A program made the translations under genes and the position numbers. Positions 1 through 12,780 of a stretch of 64,000 bases of DNA are shown piece after piece. The DNA is taken from assembly GCF_964213995.1 (NCBI RefSeq), contig NC_135824.1, positions 52,762,001-52,826,000 of the forward strand, read 5' to 3'. The DNA is from Mustelus asterias. Its lineage: Eukaryota. The notes beneath the pieces are model-generated. The model did not search any database and was not told the DNA's origin. It saw only the letters and a program-made list of their open reading frames with translations. Position 1 is the stretch's first letter. Each line of letters opens with the position of its first letter.

Positions 1-191
1 TCTATGTGGGATCTTACTGCGCAAACATGTAGCGCAATCACCTGGATTACAGAAATGAGTACACTTCAACAGAGATGATGCCTTTGCTGTGATAACCGTG
101 GCGTTGAACCAGTGTCACACAAACTCCCGACTACATTCGTTCAGAAAGTTGCACAGGTGTTGACCTAAGAATGACGCAGAGGGCGTTAAGA

Positions 192-527
192 AGATTTTAT
201 GTGAGCTTGTGGCAGCTTTGTACCGTTGTGCTTTAGTTGCGACGCAGAAATAGGTCGCAAAGTCTGTCAGGCTGGGACTGTTCAGTTGCAGGGTGAAGTT
301 GTTGCTCCCAGCATCAAGTTGGGTGGCGAAACGCGGCTGGAAATCGGGCCCACAGCCACCGTATCCGCTGCAAATCCACTCTATGGTGGCTCCCTGCTCC
401 CTGTACCAGAACATTGTGTAAGAGCCCTTACTATCTCCTACCAAATTGCAGAACAGACTAAGGGCCTGTCACGGTCTGAAAGAAGCCGCAGGTGGGAACT
501 GGGCTACGATGGGTGCCGCCCGAACCC
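192..527 (-). pseudogene. V1: Ig/TCR V segment pseudogene, di-cysteine CDR2 family (V exon 231-527, RSS 192-230)
   Basis: Acceptor tttag at 528; reads (G)VRAAPIVAQFPPAASFRP*QALSLFCNLVGDSKGSYTMFWYREQGATIEWICSGYGGC...DFATYFCVATK with in-frame TGA at 469-471; degenerate RSS cacaacg-23bp-ataaaatct. Confidence 0.88.
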
Positions 528-2201
528 CTAAAGCAGATTTAAAGAAAGAAAAACGGCTTAGAACAGTCGAATGATGCAGAAAAGAGGCCTTTCGGCCCAT
601 CATAATATACTTAGTTCTTTGAAATTGCCATCAAATTACTCTCACCCTCCGTCTTTTGCACGTAGCCCTGAAAATCCCCTCAACTGCGTATCTATTCCAT
701 TTATAACTTTATTACGTCTTGCAGTCATTAATAAATTCGCGTAATTCACCGTATTTCGCTGTTGGCAGGGAATATTTGAGGCGAAAACACTTACAATACA
801 TCCAGTGCGCCACCAAAAAGCTGAGGAAGATGACGGGCATTCTAGGTGAGAAATCTGTTGCCTTTCTGATGAGGTAACAAGGAAGGATAATGAGTTACCA
901 GTAAAATGACCCCATTCAACGGAAATGCAACCGGATGCAATCGAACTGCGCCTGAAGATCGGCCAACCAATCGTGTGCCTGGGCCACACAGGTCAGCAGT
1001 TTGAGCACATAAGGACCATATCATTTGCTTCTGCTTGTTATTTTGCGAAATCGTGGGTCAGCACAGAAGGCGATCCCCGATATCAGAGGGTCACTTCCGG
1101 CCTGGCAGTGTAAGCAATGTTTGTCTCTCAATGTATCGCTCGGAAGGAAAATATTAGCTGGGCTTTGCATTGGTTAATTGTGGGTTCTTCCTCTGTAGAT
1201 GCAGGCTGCCGCCCTTCCTTCACTACAGTGTTGTATGAACTTTCAAAACATAGCAGCAAAGCACATAGAACAGAGAAAGTGCACGAGCTTCTTGCTTGAT
1301 GCAGAGAGGTATTGAACACAAAAGCGGGAGATTGCAAAAAAATATTTATAAAGTTCTCATTGGCCAATATCTAGATTATTGTGTCCAGTTCCGGTCGCCA
1401 GAATTTAGGACGGATGTCAGAGTCTTTGAGAAGACGTAGAGGGGGCTTATAACAATTGTTCCGGGATGAGGAAATTTCACTACAAAGTTAAATTGGAGCA
1501 TCTCGGATTGCTGTCCTTGGAATGAAGGGGATTGAAGAGAGATCTGACCAAAATGAGGACAGGTTAAGATACGATCGACAAAGGAAACGTACTCCCGGGT
1601 TAGGTGGATTGGCCGAGCAAAATTGTCCCTTCATGTCAGGAAGACTAGCGAGGGTAAATGTATGCGGTTATGGGGATAAGGACTGGGTGGGATTGTGGTG
1701 AGTGCAGACTCGATGGGCCCAATGGCTCACTTCTGCACTGCAGGATTCTATGATTCAATGTTCTATGATTAGCTGATGGTTCGAGAACGCGGGAACGCAG
1801 ATGCAACACTTTTTTTTGCGAGGGTGCAGTTACAGCGGGATTATGAGGAGAAATGCTATGGCGCAGCGGATGGTAATAGGTTGGAACACGCGGCCTCCAG
1901 GGTGGTTGAAACTGAGACAATCAACTCAAAAGAAATCGAGTTGACACTGAAGGGGAGTACAATGCAGAGCTACAGGGATATTGCGGGGGAATGGATCTAA
2001 TGAGCTTGTTCTGGAGAGCCAGTGTAGATTTGATGGGAGGAATAGTCGCCTTTTGTGCCGGAATGACCTGTGATTAGCACGCTGCAAAGATGAGCCGTCT
2101 TGGAAAGGTAACGTTTCTACACAAATAGAATCTCGCTCATTCTCTTACTGAGCTTTGCATATCACGCCGGTGGGTTTGAACGCATCTGGGAATGGTGTGG
2201 A

Positions 2202-3741
2202 CGTTTTTGTATTAGTCTGCAGGAGGGCTGTGCCTCTGTGTTAAACTAGCTGCGCAGTAATAGGTTGCCGAGTCTATCAGCTTGGAGTCTCTCAGCTGGA
2301 GGTTCAAGCGGTTGTTGGTGGGGTCATGTTGCACCGCGAAGCGCTGCTCAAAAGCTGTGTCACAGCTGCCGGATTCACGGCACATCCACTCTATTGTCTT
2401 CCCCTGCTGCCTGTACCAATGCAATGTGTAGCTGCTTATGCTGGCTCCCTCCAACCAGCAGCTCAATTCGAGAGGCTGTTCCTGTAAAATAGCGGCCGCG
2501 GCTGGAGACTGGAGCACAGTGGGTGCAGCCCAAACCCCTGGAATAAATTTTAAGGACAATTAGATTAGAAGCAGATCTTTAAAACGTTAACAGGCAATTG
2601 TAGAATTTGTCAGTAGAGAAGGAGACGATTCGGCCAATAACATCGACAAGAACTGCCTATTAGGACTGTGGGCCTAATGGCTACACGACTATAAGACCAT
2701 AAGACATAGGAGCAGAATTGGGCCACTCTGCCCATCGTGTGTGCTCCGCCAATCAACCGTGACTGTTATTTCTCTCATCCCCATTCTCCTGCCTTTTCCC
2801 CATAACCCCTGATCCCCTTATTAATCAAGAACCTGAACCCTCGGGACACGGGAGCAAATCCTAGCACGTCAGTTTTTTTTCGGAACTTCAATGAATAAAT
2901 ATTATTCACTTCAAATATATATGGAAAGGAAAGATAGTCTCAATAATTGTTGCCATTCGAGCATTGGTGATTGTTGATAGAAACCTATTTTGTTCCCGCT
3001 GAGTCGGAAATGCAGCCAGCATAATCAAGGACCCCACGCAGCACGGACATACACTCTTCCACCGTCTTCCGTCGGGAAAAATATACAAAAGCCTGAAAAC
3101 ACTCACCAACAGACTCAAGAACATTTTTTTCCATGCGATCATCAGACTTTTTTGAATGGTCCTATCATATATCAAGCTGATCTTTCTCTTCATCCTACCT
3201 GTAACTGCAACATTATATTCTGAGCATGTTCCTTTCCTTGTCCCCTATGTACTCTACGAACGATATGTTTTGTCTGTATGGCGCGAAATATTGTAACCCA
3301 ATATATGTTACAATAATAATCAAATCAAATCAATGCTCCTCAGGGAAGGAAATCTACCGGCCTCACCTGGCCGGGCCTGCATGTGACTCTGGATCCAGGA
3401 TATTTGACCCTACTGCTCTCAAGACAAGTTGGGATGGGCAACAATCGCCTGCATGGCGAGCGGCAACCGAATTCCATGAAATCATTTAAAAGGCCAATTA
3501 CGCTAATTTGCCGCAGTTCTGACCCAATGCCCTCCGAATCCGCCCCTTCCACACCTGTGAGCATTGATGCAATTTCGTTTCGAAAACGTATATGGAATAT
3601 GCGACCCATTTGAGCATAATTTCTATTCCCCGCTTCCACTGTTGGTAAAAAAATAGATTTCGCCAACCAGCACTTACAACCAATCCAGTGTCCGAGAGAA
3701 AAGGTGACCAAGATTGTGGCAGTTTCGGCTGAGATTGCCAT
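2202..3741 (-). CDS. V2: apparently functional V segment, di-cysteine CDR2 family (probable leader 3678-3741, V exon 2241-2537, 23-RSS 2202-2240)
   Basis: Open V exon with C23, WYRQ and DSATYYCAAS; RSS cacagag-23bp-acaaaaacg; candidate 64-nt phase-1 leader MAISAETATILVTFSLGHWIG with gtaagt donor (leader assignment less certain). Confidence 0.85.
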
Positions 3742-5831
3742 CGCCTTTCTCAGGAGCTGAGGAACAGAGGCACTTAACGATAAGACGGCGCTTGTGAAAT
3801 TACTCGTCTGGCATTACAAATGCCACAAGTTATGACGAACTGAACCGAATACTTGGTTGGCCAATCATGTGGCTGAATAACACATTGTCGGCAAATAGAA
3901 CACACGGGGATCATTTCCGCTGGGAGCACTGTTTCTTTTGCAAGTTTTTCCATGTCCCCCTTCCCTGCTTTTTCTCGTTCCTACATCATTCCTTGTCTTC
4001 CTTTCTCCTCCTTTCCACCTACTATCGCCTTATTGATCATCGTTCAGAGATGAATCCATTCAGTAGTCAATGAGCATGCGTGGCGCAGCATTGCCATCTG
4101 TTGCTTTAGAGGCTGTGTGAGGCTGAGGAAACACAGCACACCAATCTCGCAATTGTTACGTTCAGAGCACGTCTACGGGCAGTGCATCTGTCGGGTGAAT
4201 GCACTTGCATCTTTATCCAGCAATTCTTTTTGTTCTGCGATTGACACTTACTCGGATTGCCAAGGACTTCTCCCACAGGAAACATGTGTTAGGCTTTGGA
4301 AAGGCCGTATTGCTCTGGCAAACGTATTTAAGAACGGAGGGAGATAGACAACAGGGGACCACAGGCCAGTTAGCCTGACACCTGTTATTGGAGAAATCCT
4401 GCGATTTACAGAAACATAATGGCATCAAGCAGCGTCTGCGCGGTTTTGTAAAACAAAGTTTCGTTTGACAAATGTATGAGTTATTTGAGGATGTGAGGAC
4501 GAGCAAAGTGGATAAAGGGCAACCACTAGACGTAGGGTGTTTTGATTTCGAAAAGTAATTCCATAGGTGCCGCAAATAAAATGTCCGCACAGCAGAACAG
4601 CTCATGTTGTTGTTTACTTTCTCTCTGCTGCGTTTATTTATTGCTTTATCCGTCTTAATTATCTTTCGTTGCAGCTGGACGGGAACAATGCAGGGTCCTG
4701 CCATGAGCACTTACTTTTGACGTAGATTCTGTTTAATTATTTGTGCAGGTGTCACAAGTGGGGAGGCGATGGCCTCGTGGTATTTTCGCAAGACTCTTAA
4801 TCCAGAAACTCAGCTCATGGTCTGGTGGACCGGGTTCGAATCCCGCCACAGCACAATTTGAATTCACTAAAAAAATCTACTGATGGCCCTGAAACGATTG
4901 TCGGAAAACCCACCTGGTTCACTAATGTCCTTGAGGGAAGGAAATTTACCTTTCTGACATTTAAGTGACTCCAGAGCCATATGGTGGACTCTCCAATGCC
5001 CTCCAAGGACACCTGTAAATGCTGACCCAGCCAGCGACGCTCATGTCCCACGAATAAATAAAAAAATCCGCTCGCCCTGCCAAAGCGCCAAATGTATTAT
5101 TTAACCGGTCCGACCCCTATATTGCCTTTTCGCACCCATGCCCCGCTTCACTGGCTCAAAACCTATTCCAGCCCTAACATTTCCCAGCGTGTTTTTGAAA
5201 CTCAAGCTATCTTTGATCTGGAGCCCGGGTTTCAAACCCGGAGGGTATCGGAAATTTCGAGCATGCGGATAATGGTTGTGAACTGCGCATGCGTAGAGCC
5301 GCTTTCTAACTTTCTTTGGGGACCGGTGCACCTTTGTATAACAATGAACCGTGCGGAGATGGGGCAGGGAGAGAGCCCAAAACAAAGTCCCAGGTAGGGA
5401 TAGAGACTGGGGATAGAAACAGATCCTGACGAAGCTACAGCAAAACGAAGGAGCAGAGAAACAGCTATGAGTAACAGCTTTTAAGGGACGTGGGCTTGAA
5501 AGAAGCTCGGATGATCAAAGATTAATCAAGAGAAGGTCTGAAGGTCCAACAGGTAGCTGAAGTTTGATTACTCCATTGGGGCAGATGTAACCCTTTTTGG
5601 AGAAGTTGTGTTTTGCTTGGCACAGCGGAAGATCAGGATCTGGGGTGTGAAATTGGTGTTTGAGTGTAGACTGGCGAATTCACTGGAATGGAATCTTGAG
5701 TTGGGATTGAAACCTGCAAAACGAATTGTCCTTGAAGCTGCCCAAATGCGAGCGAATCTTGGAGAGAATGCCCAAGGCAAGATCTTCAAATGTGTAGATT
5801 GGGAGCCGACACGAGAGAAGCTGACGATGAG

Positions 5832-6170
5832 GGCGGCACGGTAGCACAGTGGTTAGCACTGCTGCTTCACAGCTCCAGGGTCCCGGGTTCGATTCCCGGC
5901 TCGGGTCACTGTCTGTGTGGAGTTTGCACATTCTCCTCGTGTCTGCGTGGGTTTCCTCCGGGTGCTCCGGTTTCCTCCCACAGTCCAAAGATGTGCGGGT
6001 TAGGTTGATTGGCCAGGTTAAAAATTGCCCCTTAGAGTCCTGGGATGTGTAGGTTAGAGGGATTAGCGGGTAAATATGTGGGGGTAGGGCCTGGGTGGGA
6101 TTGTGGTCGGTGCAGACTCGATGGGCCGAATGGCCTCCTTCTGCACTGTATGGTTTCTATGATTCTTTCT
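5832..6170 (+). mobile_element. HE1-type tRNA-derived SINE, full length, young
   Basis: A/B-box head ggcggcacggtagcacagtggttagcac...gggttcgattcc; ctatgatt tail; atgag flanking duplication; absent from the copy B site at ~22417-22421. Confidence 0.9.
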
Positions 6171-8378
6171 ATGAGTGAGATTGGTTGGCTCGCCGTGCTT
6201 ACTGATGTCTTGGTGGTTTGTTGAGAAATCCACGAACACTGTCTTGGTCGCATCGGCTATTTATGGTATAGGTGTGGAGTTCGACAACAGTTGACAATAA
6301 ACTGTCAACACCGAGGGTCAGCCCACCATGCTCAATCAACCCAACTCACAAATCCCCGGAACACGGGAGAAAACCATTCGCGTGTTTCTAATGTGTCTCC
6401 CCACTGCAGGCGTATGGAACATAAATTGTAATTTTTAAAATCCCTTTGTCCATATGCAGTAACGTTTAATTTTGCAGTTTAAACACCACGGGATCTTTGT
6501 GACTTTATTCACTGAGCAAATGCCTTGAATGTCAAACCTTGTCTACTTTAAACTCAACGTCATTGATCTCTGACTAATAGCCTGGTGGTCTGGCCAATGA
6601 TTGTAACAAGCTGTACAGAGGAAATAGAGGCAGGAGAATGCAATTTGTCTCTCTGAGTATCCCCTGCCATTCCATAAGATAGCAATTGAGAATTCACCAT
6701 ATTGGCATGGAGTTTGAGTCATACGAAGGCCAAAATAGGCAAAATAGACTTTCCTCCGTAAGTAACATTATTGGACCAGACAGGTATTTCACAAACCAAT
6801 AATAGAATAATAAACATTACTGAAATTACCATTATTATGTAGGTTTAAACAATGGAATTCAAATTTGACCAATAGCCTTGGAGGATTTAAACCCTAGTCC
6901 ACCAGAGAATTAGTCTGGGTCTCTGGATTGCCAGACCAGTGATATTATCATCCCACCATCACCTCAAGGTTGCCGCACTGATTACAGGTATGATAGACTT
7001 CAGATTTGTGAATGGCCTTGTTATTTTTCCAGAAGAAAATGTCGAGTGGATACTTGAGGAAATTGTTCAGAAGTGGACAGAGTCGATCAGAAGATATTAT
7101 ATCCCCCAAGTTCAAGGGCTATTCGGGATGGAAAACAGTCGCCCATATCCCATCAAAGAATCAACCTGTACCATCTCCAATGCCTTCATATCTTTTTCAA
7201 CCTGTTTGCCCAAGATTGGACAGAGCAGTCCAAAAGAAGCCAAAAATCTTCTAGATATTACTTATTCCTTGTCTGGACAATCAGTTCCTTTGTCGTTAAG
7301 CGGAAGAATAGGTCGAACTTTTTGGAAATTGTGCTTTTAAGATATTTGAGTACCAGCGGAGGTTTCCGGTTCGTTTGTTTATCATTAACCTGGAACCTCT
7401 CCTCAGTAGCGCTCGTTACACGCATTGAGACTTCAACCAATATGCTTCTGGCCAGGAGTGTAAATGATACCAACTGAGCCACGGTTGACCCTCAGAGTTA
7501 GCAATGTATAGGATTAATGGGCATTCCAACGTCCATTTGCAAGCACGGCCGGGTGCCGGGTGATTTGATAGAAGCTCCCCATTCTTCCAAGAAGGAGGCC
7601 ACGAGATCCATCGTTCCCGAATTATCCATTCTCCCTTATTACTTTTCTGAAAAGTAACTGCTTATGGAATCATAGAATTACAGAATCCCTACAGTGCAGA
7701 AGGAGGGCATTCAGCCCATCAGTTCTGCACCGACCACAATCCCACCCAGACCCTATCCCCATAACCCCATGCATTTACCCAAGCGAGTCCCCCTGACACT
7801 AAGGGGCAATTGAGCATGGCCAATCCACCTAACCCGCACATTTTTGGACTTCACGATGTATCTGATTCAATAGTGAACGCGAGTGTTAATTTCACGCAGT
7901 AGAGTTACATCAAAACCATCCCTTTCCTAATAAAAGACCCTCATTATTGTAAATAACTTTCGTTCTTATATTTTCCCTGCTTTGGGAAAAGCAATCCCAG
8001 TTCCGCTAGTCTCTCCATGTAACGAAAGATGCTTCACGCTGGTACCTTTCTGATCAATACCCCTTACTTTAAGCAGAATAATTGCATCTTCTCATATCTA
8101 ACCAGCTAACTGACATGACTGGTAACATTCCGGGAAATCTCTTCTGCTCTTCTACTCTTTCTGTCGTTCCTTCCTAGTTTGTTAAATTCTGGCTTGCTTT
8201 CGTTCTTTCTTTCTATTTTTCGTCCACACTTCCCTGCACTGCTTCTTTCTTTCAATCTTTCCAGCTTTAATCTGTCGTTTTCACGCTCTCCTTGTTAAAA
8301 GGGCACGCAGTCTGTAAAATAAACCCACACTGACGCAATGGTTTCATTCACAAGTGTTTCCTGTTGCCTTTGTTCAAC

Positions 8379-8946
8379 AGTTTTTGTTGAACTGTTCCAT
8401 CTCTCTGAGTCACTGTGAAGACTCCAGGCGCAATAATACACGGCCGAATGATTCACCCGCAGGCTGGAGATTCCAGGTTGAACTCGGAGCCAGTCGGTCG
8501 CTTGGCGGTGAAACTGTCCACTGTCCCCTTTGGATTCACGTCTTGCACAACTGCGGAGTGAAACATCAACTGGGGCTCCTTGCCGGGGTGTTGCCTGTAC
8601 CAGAACCTCCTACCAGCGGTGCTGCCCTCCACGGTGCATTTCAGATCCACTCCGTCCCCGGGATGTTTCGAGACAGCAGCGGGAAACTGGAGGAAATTCT
8701 CTGAGTTCACGCCTGAGTAAAGTACGGGGAGAGAAAGAAGTCAATAAGCAGAGACATTCCCGTAGTGGGGAGAGCGAAAAGGGAATGAATGATAAGGGCG
8801 ACAAAGGCAACAGAGAGACAGAAAGTGAGGAAGATGGAGGGTGGGGGGGGGGGGGGGGGGGGGGGGGGGAGGGGGGGGGGAGCACGAATTTCTGAGTAAA
8901 TATTCTTACAATGAAATAAAATCACCAAGCCCAGGACCAGGTACAT
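8379..8946 (-). pseudogene. TRBV: V3: TRBV30-like V pseudogene (leader 8910-8946, V exon 8418-8712, RSS 8379-8417)
   Basis: 37-nt leader MYLVLGLVILFH; 1-bp deletion in FR3 near 8469 frameshifts before YYCAWS; RSS cacagtg-23-acaaaaact. Confidence 0.9.
8839..8880. repeat. Poly-G tract in the V3 leader intron (interrupted version at 25069-25123)
   Basis: Direct observation. Confidence 0.9.
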
Positions 8947-9078
8947 CTTTTGCTTGACACCTCCCGCCGAATAACGGAAGAAATTAATCCAGGAGCGCTG
9001 AGTCTGGTGAGGAGCCAATCAGGTGTTCTAAACCACTGAGGAAACGATCAAGATCGCAAGGTAATGAGGACCATTTCG

Positions 9079-9105
9079 ACACGCCCCTTCCAACCAATCA
9101 AAATT
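9079..9105 (-). promoter_or_regulatory. Putative V promoter module (GGGCGTGT Sp/KLF box plus CCAAT box) ~110-180 bp upstream of the leader ATG; similar motifs at ~13763 (Sp/KLF box only), ~35468-35497, ~37808-37836, ~45624-45650
   Basis: acacgccc/acacgcct followed by ccaatc recurs upstream of V3, V5, V6 and V8 while flanks differ. Confidence 0.55.
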
Positions 9106-9239
9106 TATATAATTGATAATTTCCTATTGCCCTTCCTATATTTGCTACGCAAATGCAATTAAACCCAACTTCATAATAGCCAGAAGTGTATTTACCGATT
9201 TAATTATATTTGGATCGTTTCCATTTGATCGTATGGGCA

Positions 9240-9520
9240 GCACGTTGGCACAGTGGTTAGCACTGCTGCCTCACAGCGCCAGGGACCCGGGTTCGATTCC
9301 CGGCTTAGGTCACTGTCGGTGTGGAGTTTGCACGTTCTCCCCGTGTCTGCGTGGGTTTCCTCCGGGTGCTCTGGTTTCCTCCCACAGTCTGAAAGACGTG
9401 CTGGTTAGGTGCATTGACCCGAACAAGCGCCGGAGTGTGGCGACTGGGGGAATTTCGCAGTAACTCCATTGCAGTGTTAATGTAAGCCTTACTTGTGACG
9501 AATAAATAAACTTTAACTTT
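9240..9520 (+). mobile_element. HE1-type SINE (alternative-tail subfamily); paralog ~25490-25760
   Basis: tRNA-like head plus ...gtaagccttacttgtgacgaataaataaac tail; ends approximate. Confidence 0.8.
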
Positions 9521-9527
9521 AAAATAC

Positions 9528-9800
9528 GTAACAGTTTCGATGGGCTGAATGGCTTTGCTTGTTCCGATGGAACTGGCTGGGGGGGATGCTCTTGAGATTG
9601 GTTGAATTACATTGGTCTTCCGTGTAACAGCCTCGGGAAGGGCTAAACGTCTCCCCCCTTTTCCTTTGTATCAGGCTCGATTGGGGATGCATGGTCACCT
9701 CCTCTTCCTTTGTAACAAGTTCGAGGGGCTGAATGGCCTCACCCTCTTCCTTGGTAGCAGGCTCGAGAGAGAGAGCTTGAGTAGCCTCATCCTGATCCGT
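9528..9800 (+). repeat. Degenerate ~45-bp tandem repeat (gtaacagcctcgaggggctgaatggcctcctcctgttcc); also ~25770-26040, ~40340-40480, ~45770-45940, ~53540-53720
   Basis: Repeated units resembling the CR1 3' terminal motif. Confidence 0.65.
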
Positions 9801-11094
9801 CGACATACGTTTTCAGTCACTGAAGTCTCTGCTTGTCAAAGAACGCCCCTTTCTCTCCCTGTGGGGAAAGAAACCGCTGGCAGTGGATCAAGAGAAAATC
9901 TTGTGTTATTCTCCCCTTCTTTCTATGTACCATTTGGTCATTGGTTCATTCTTGCCTTGTCCCTTTGCTTCTTCCTAACTTTCCTCCCTGCTTAAGCAAG
10001 TCGTTTTGTCCATCTCATTAGTAACGCACAACTGGATTGTAGAATTTCTAACACATTCCTCCTCCTAATGGACGAGGAGTGACATTTCTAAGTGACATTT
10101 AAAAAATAACTGGAAACACTCAGCAGGTCAGGGAGTCTCTGTGGAGAGAAAAACCGAGTTAATAGTTCAGACCAGTGACATTTCATCAGAACTGATATTT
10201 CTTTCTCCCTCATCTGGTTATCCGGCTCCACAAATCATTAAAAACCAATAGGACAAAAAGGATCATGAAATGTTTTCCAAAGATAAATTTTGCATCCAGG
10301 AAACTGGAATACAGTTCCAAAATGGAGGAAGTCCTACTTGAGTTGTTACAGAACTCCGGGCAGCTGGAACACCTCGTTCAGTTTTAAGCAGCACATTTAG
10401 CAAAGGTGATTGGGGCTTAGAGAGAATGCACAGTGGAATATACTGAATAATTTTGGGGCTTAAAGAGTTAAATCATGAGGACAGTTCATAAAAGGTTGCC
10501 TGCACTCCGCTGAGTATAAAGAATTAAGGAGTGAACTCATTTAGTTATTTTTAGCCCGTTTCAAAATGGTTGATAATGTGGAAATAACAATATAATTTCC
10601 TGTGGTGCAGTCGTCCAGATCAAAGACGGATAATCCCAAAATTAAAGACAACGTCTTCAGACCATAACACCTGGGGAAACGAAAAGTTTAAAATTTATTT
10701 ATGATGTGGAGATGCCGGTGTTGGACTGGGGTGGTTAGAGCAAAAAGTCTCACAACACCAGGTTAAACTCCAACAGGTTTATTTGGAATCAAGAGCTCTC
10801 GGAGTGCTGCTCCTTCCTCAGGTGAATGTTGATATGCGCGATCTTCTTGGAGGTCCTCTCCTCTTTGAGACGGCGGTTTGCCGTGTCAGTAGTAGCCATG
10901 ATGTGGGGATGCCGGCGTTGGACTGGGGTGGGCACAGTAAGAAGGCTCACAACACCATATTAAAGCCCAACAGGTTTATTTGGAATCACGAGCTTTCGGA
11001 GCGCTGCTCCATCCTCAAGTGAGTGACACACTCACTTTGACTCTAACCTGGTGTTGTGAGACTTCCTAAAGTTTAATTGTGAGCGTTACAAATA

Positions 11095-11366
11095 TTAACT
11101 CTGCAATGAAGTTACTGTGAAAACCCACTAGTCGCCACACTCCGGTGCCTGCTTGTGTACACAGAGGGAGTATTTAGCATGACCAATGCACCTTAACCAG
11201 CACGTCTTTCAGACTGTGGGAGGGAAGCGGAGCACCCGGAGGAAACCCACGCAGACTCGAGAAGAACGTGCAGACTCCACACAGACAGTGACTCAAGCAC
11301 GGGAATCGAACCCGAATCCCTGGCGCTGTGAGGCAGCAGCGCTTGTCACTGTGCCAAGGTGTGCCG
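11095..11366 (-). mobile_element. HE1-type SINE; paralog ~27310-27575
   Basis: Reverse complement of the SINE head and body; ends approximate. Confidence 0.75.
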
Positions 11367-12057
11367 TTCAAATTCAAATGATAATTCTGAATTTGAAAGC
11401 TACTGTCAGTAATGGTGCCCATGAAACTATCACGGTATATTGTAAATACCCACCTGGTTCACTAATGTCCCTGTAGGGAAGGAAATCTGCCGTCCTCACG
11501 ACCGACACGTCACTCCGGATCCACAGCAATGTGCTTGACTTCTAACTGCGCTAATGGTCTATCAAGCCCATCATTTCAAGGGCAATTAGTTATGGGCAAC
11601 AAATCCTGACCTTGCCGTCGGCACCCACATTAAACCAAATATTTAAAAAAACGTCTTTATTCAAAAGGTAGTGGAAGTGTGGAACATCCACCAGATACAT
11701 CACTGTCTTATGCTCACGGTTTCCTCAATGATTTGTGATGAAGAGTTAAACGGACTCGAAACGTTAAATATTTTTCTCTCACGACAGATGCTGCCAGACC
11801 TGCTGAGGCTTCCCAGCTTTCTCTGTTTTGCTCCTGAACTATTTGTTTTGCTCAGAATCAAATTCACCCACACGTGGAAACCAGCTCCCTCTGCTGACTG
11901 AATTTGCTCACTCCCTCAGCAACAGGATGTACTGAAATTCGACTGCAGCAGCATATCCTTCTATTTCTCTCTTCCACGTGTCTTTATGCAACTTCTCCTG
12001 AAAAGCAAATACGCTACTCACCCCAATCCAACTTCGAAGCAGCGAGGTTCGCAATCC

Positions 12058-12780
12058 ACATTCTTAAGAGTATTGATAGGCAGAGGGAACTGGGTGTACA
12101 GGTACACAAGTCACTGACAGTGGCAACGCAGGTGGAGAAGGTAGTCAAGCAGGCATACGGCATGCTTGCCTTCATCAGTCGGGTCATTGAGTTTAAAAAT
12201 TGGCAAGTCATGTTGCAGCTTTATAGAACCTTCGTTAGGCCGCACTTGGAATATAATGTTCAATTCTGGTCGCCACGTTACCAGAAGGATGTGGAGGCTT
12301 TGGAGAGGGTGCAGAAAAGATTTATCAGGATGTTGCCTGGTATGGAGGGCATTAGCTATGACGAGAGGTTAGAGAAACGTAGGTTGTTCTCACTGGAACG
12401 ACGGAGGTTGAGGGGCGACCTGAGAGAAGTGTACAAGATTATGAGGGGCATGGACAGATGGATAGTCAGAAGCTTCTTCCCAGGGTGGAAGAGTCAATTA
12501 CTAGGGGGAATAGGTTTAAGGTGCGAGGGGCAAGGTTTAAAGGAGGTGCACGAGGCAAGTGTTTTACACAGAGGGTGGTGGATGCCGGGGGAGGTAGTGG
12601 AACGAGATACGAAAGTGACATTTATGGGACGTCTTGACAAATACATGAATAGGATGGGAATAGAGGGATACGGTCTCCAGAAGGGTAGGGGGTTTTATTT
12701 CAGCCGGGCAGCATGGTGGGTGCAGGCTTGGAGGGCCAAAGGGCCTGTTCCTGTGCTGTAATGTTTTTGATCTTCGTTCT
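12058..12780 (+). mobile_element. CR1-type LINE 3' fragment; paralog ~28276-28997
   Basis: ...LYRTFVRPHLEYNVQFWSPRYQKDVEALERVQKRFIRMLPG...LFSLERRRLRGDL, typical CR1 ORF2 C-terminus plus 3' UTR. Confidence 0.88.

Noticed and set aside
979-1024. Possible 46-nt phase-1 leader exon for V1 (MIWSLCAQTADLCGP)
   Set aside because: The donor would be gcacac rather than gt and the peptide is not hydrophobic; at best a decayed leader, so not annotated
231-2537. V2 and V1 as a NAR-TCR-type double-V unit (NTCR V plus leaderless supporting V)
   Set aside because: No D or J segments seen between them, and W-to-C spacing (55 aa) is that of a conventional V, not a VNAR lacking the CDR2 strands
5359-5830. 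MGQGESPK start resembling a myristoylated retroviral Gag, next to a tgcgcatgcg NRF1-like motif
   Set aside because: Stop after 12 codons; no LTR, PBS or recognisable Gag motifs; cannot be supported
5845-5851. CACAGTG heptamers inside SINE heads as cryptic RSSs
   Set aside because: Part of the tRNA A-box region of a genome-wide SINE; no nonamer at 12 or 23 bp
6939-7620. Overlapping 130-aa ORFs that looked like a decayed host or viral gene
   Set aside because: The minus strand reads LDCSVQSWANRLKK/DMKALEMVQ, a degraded match to the CR1 motif LEYCVQFWSP..KKDIEALERVQ; frames differ between the duplicate copies
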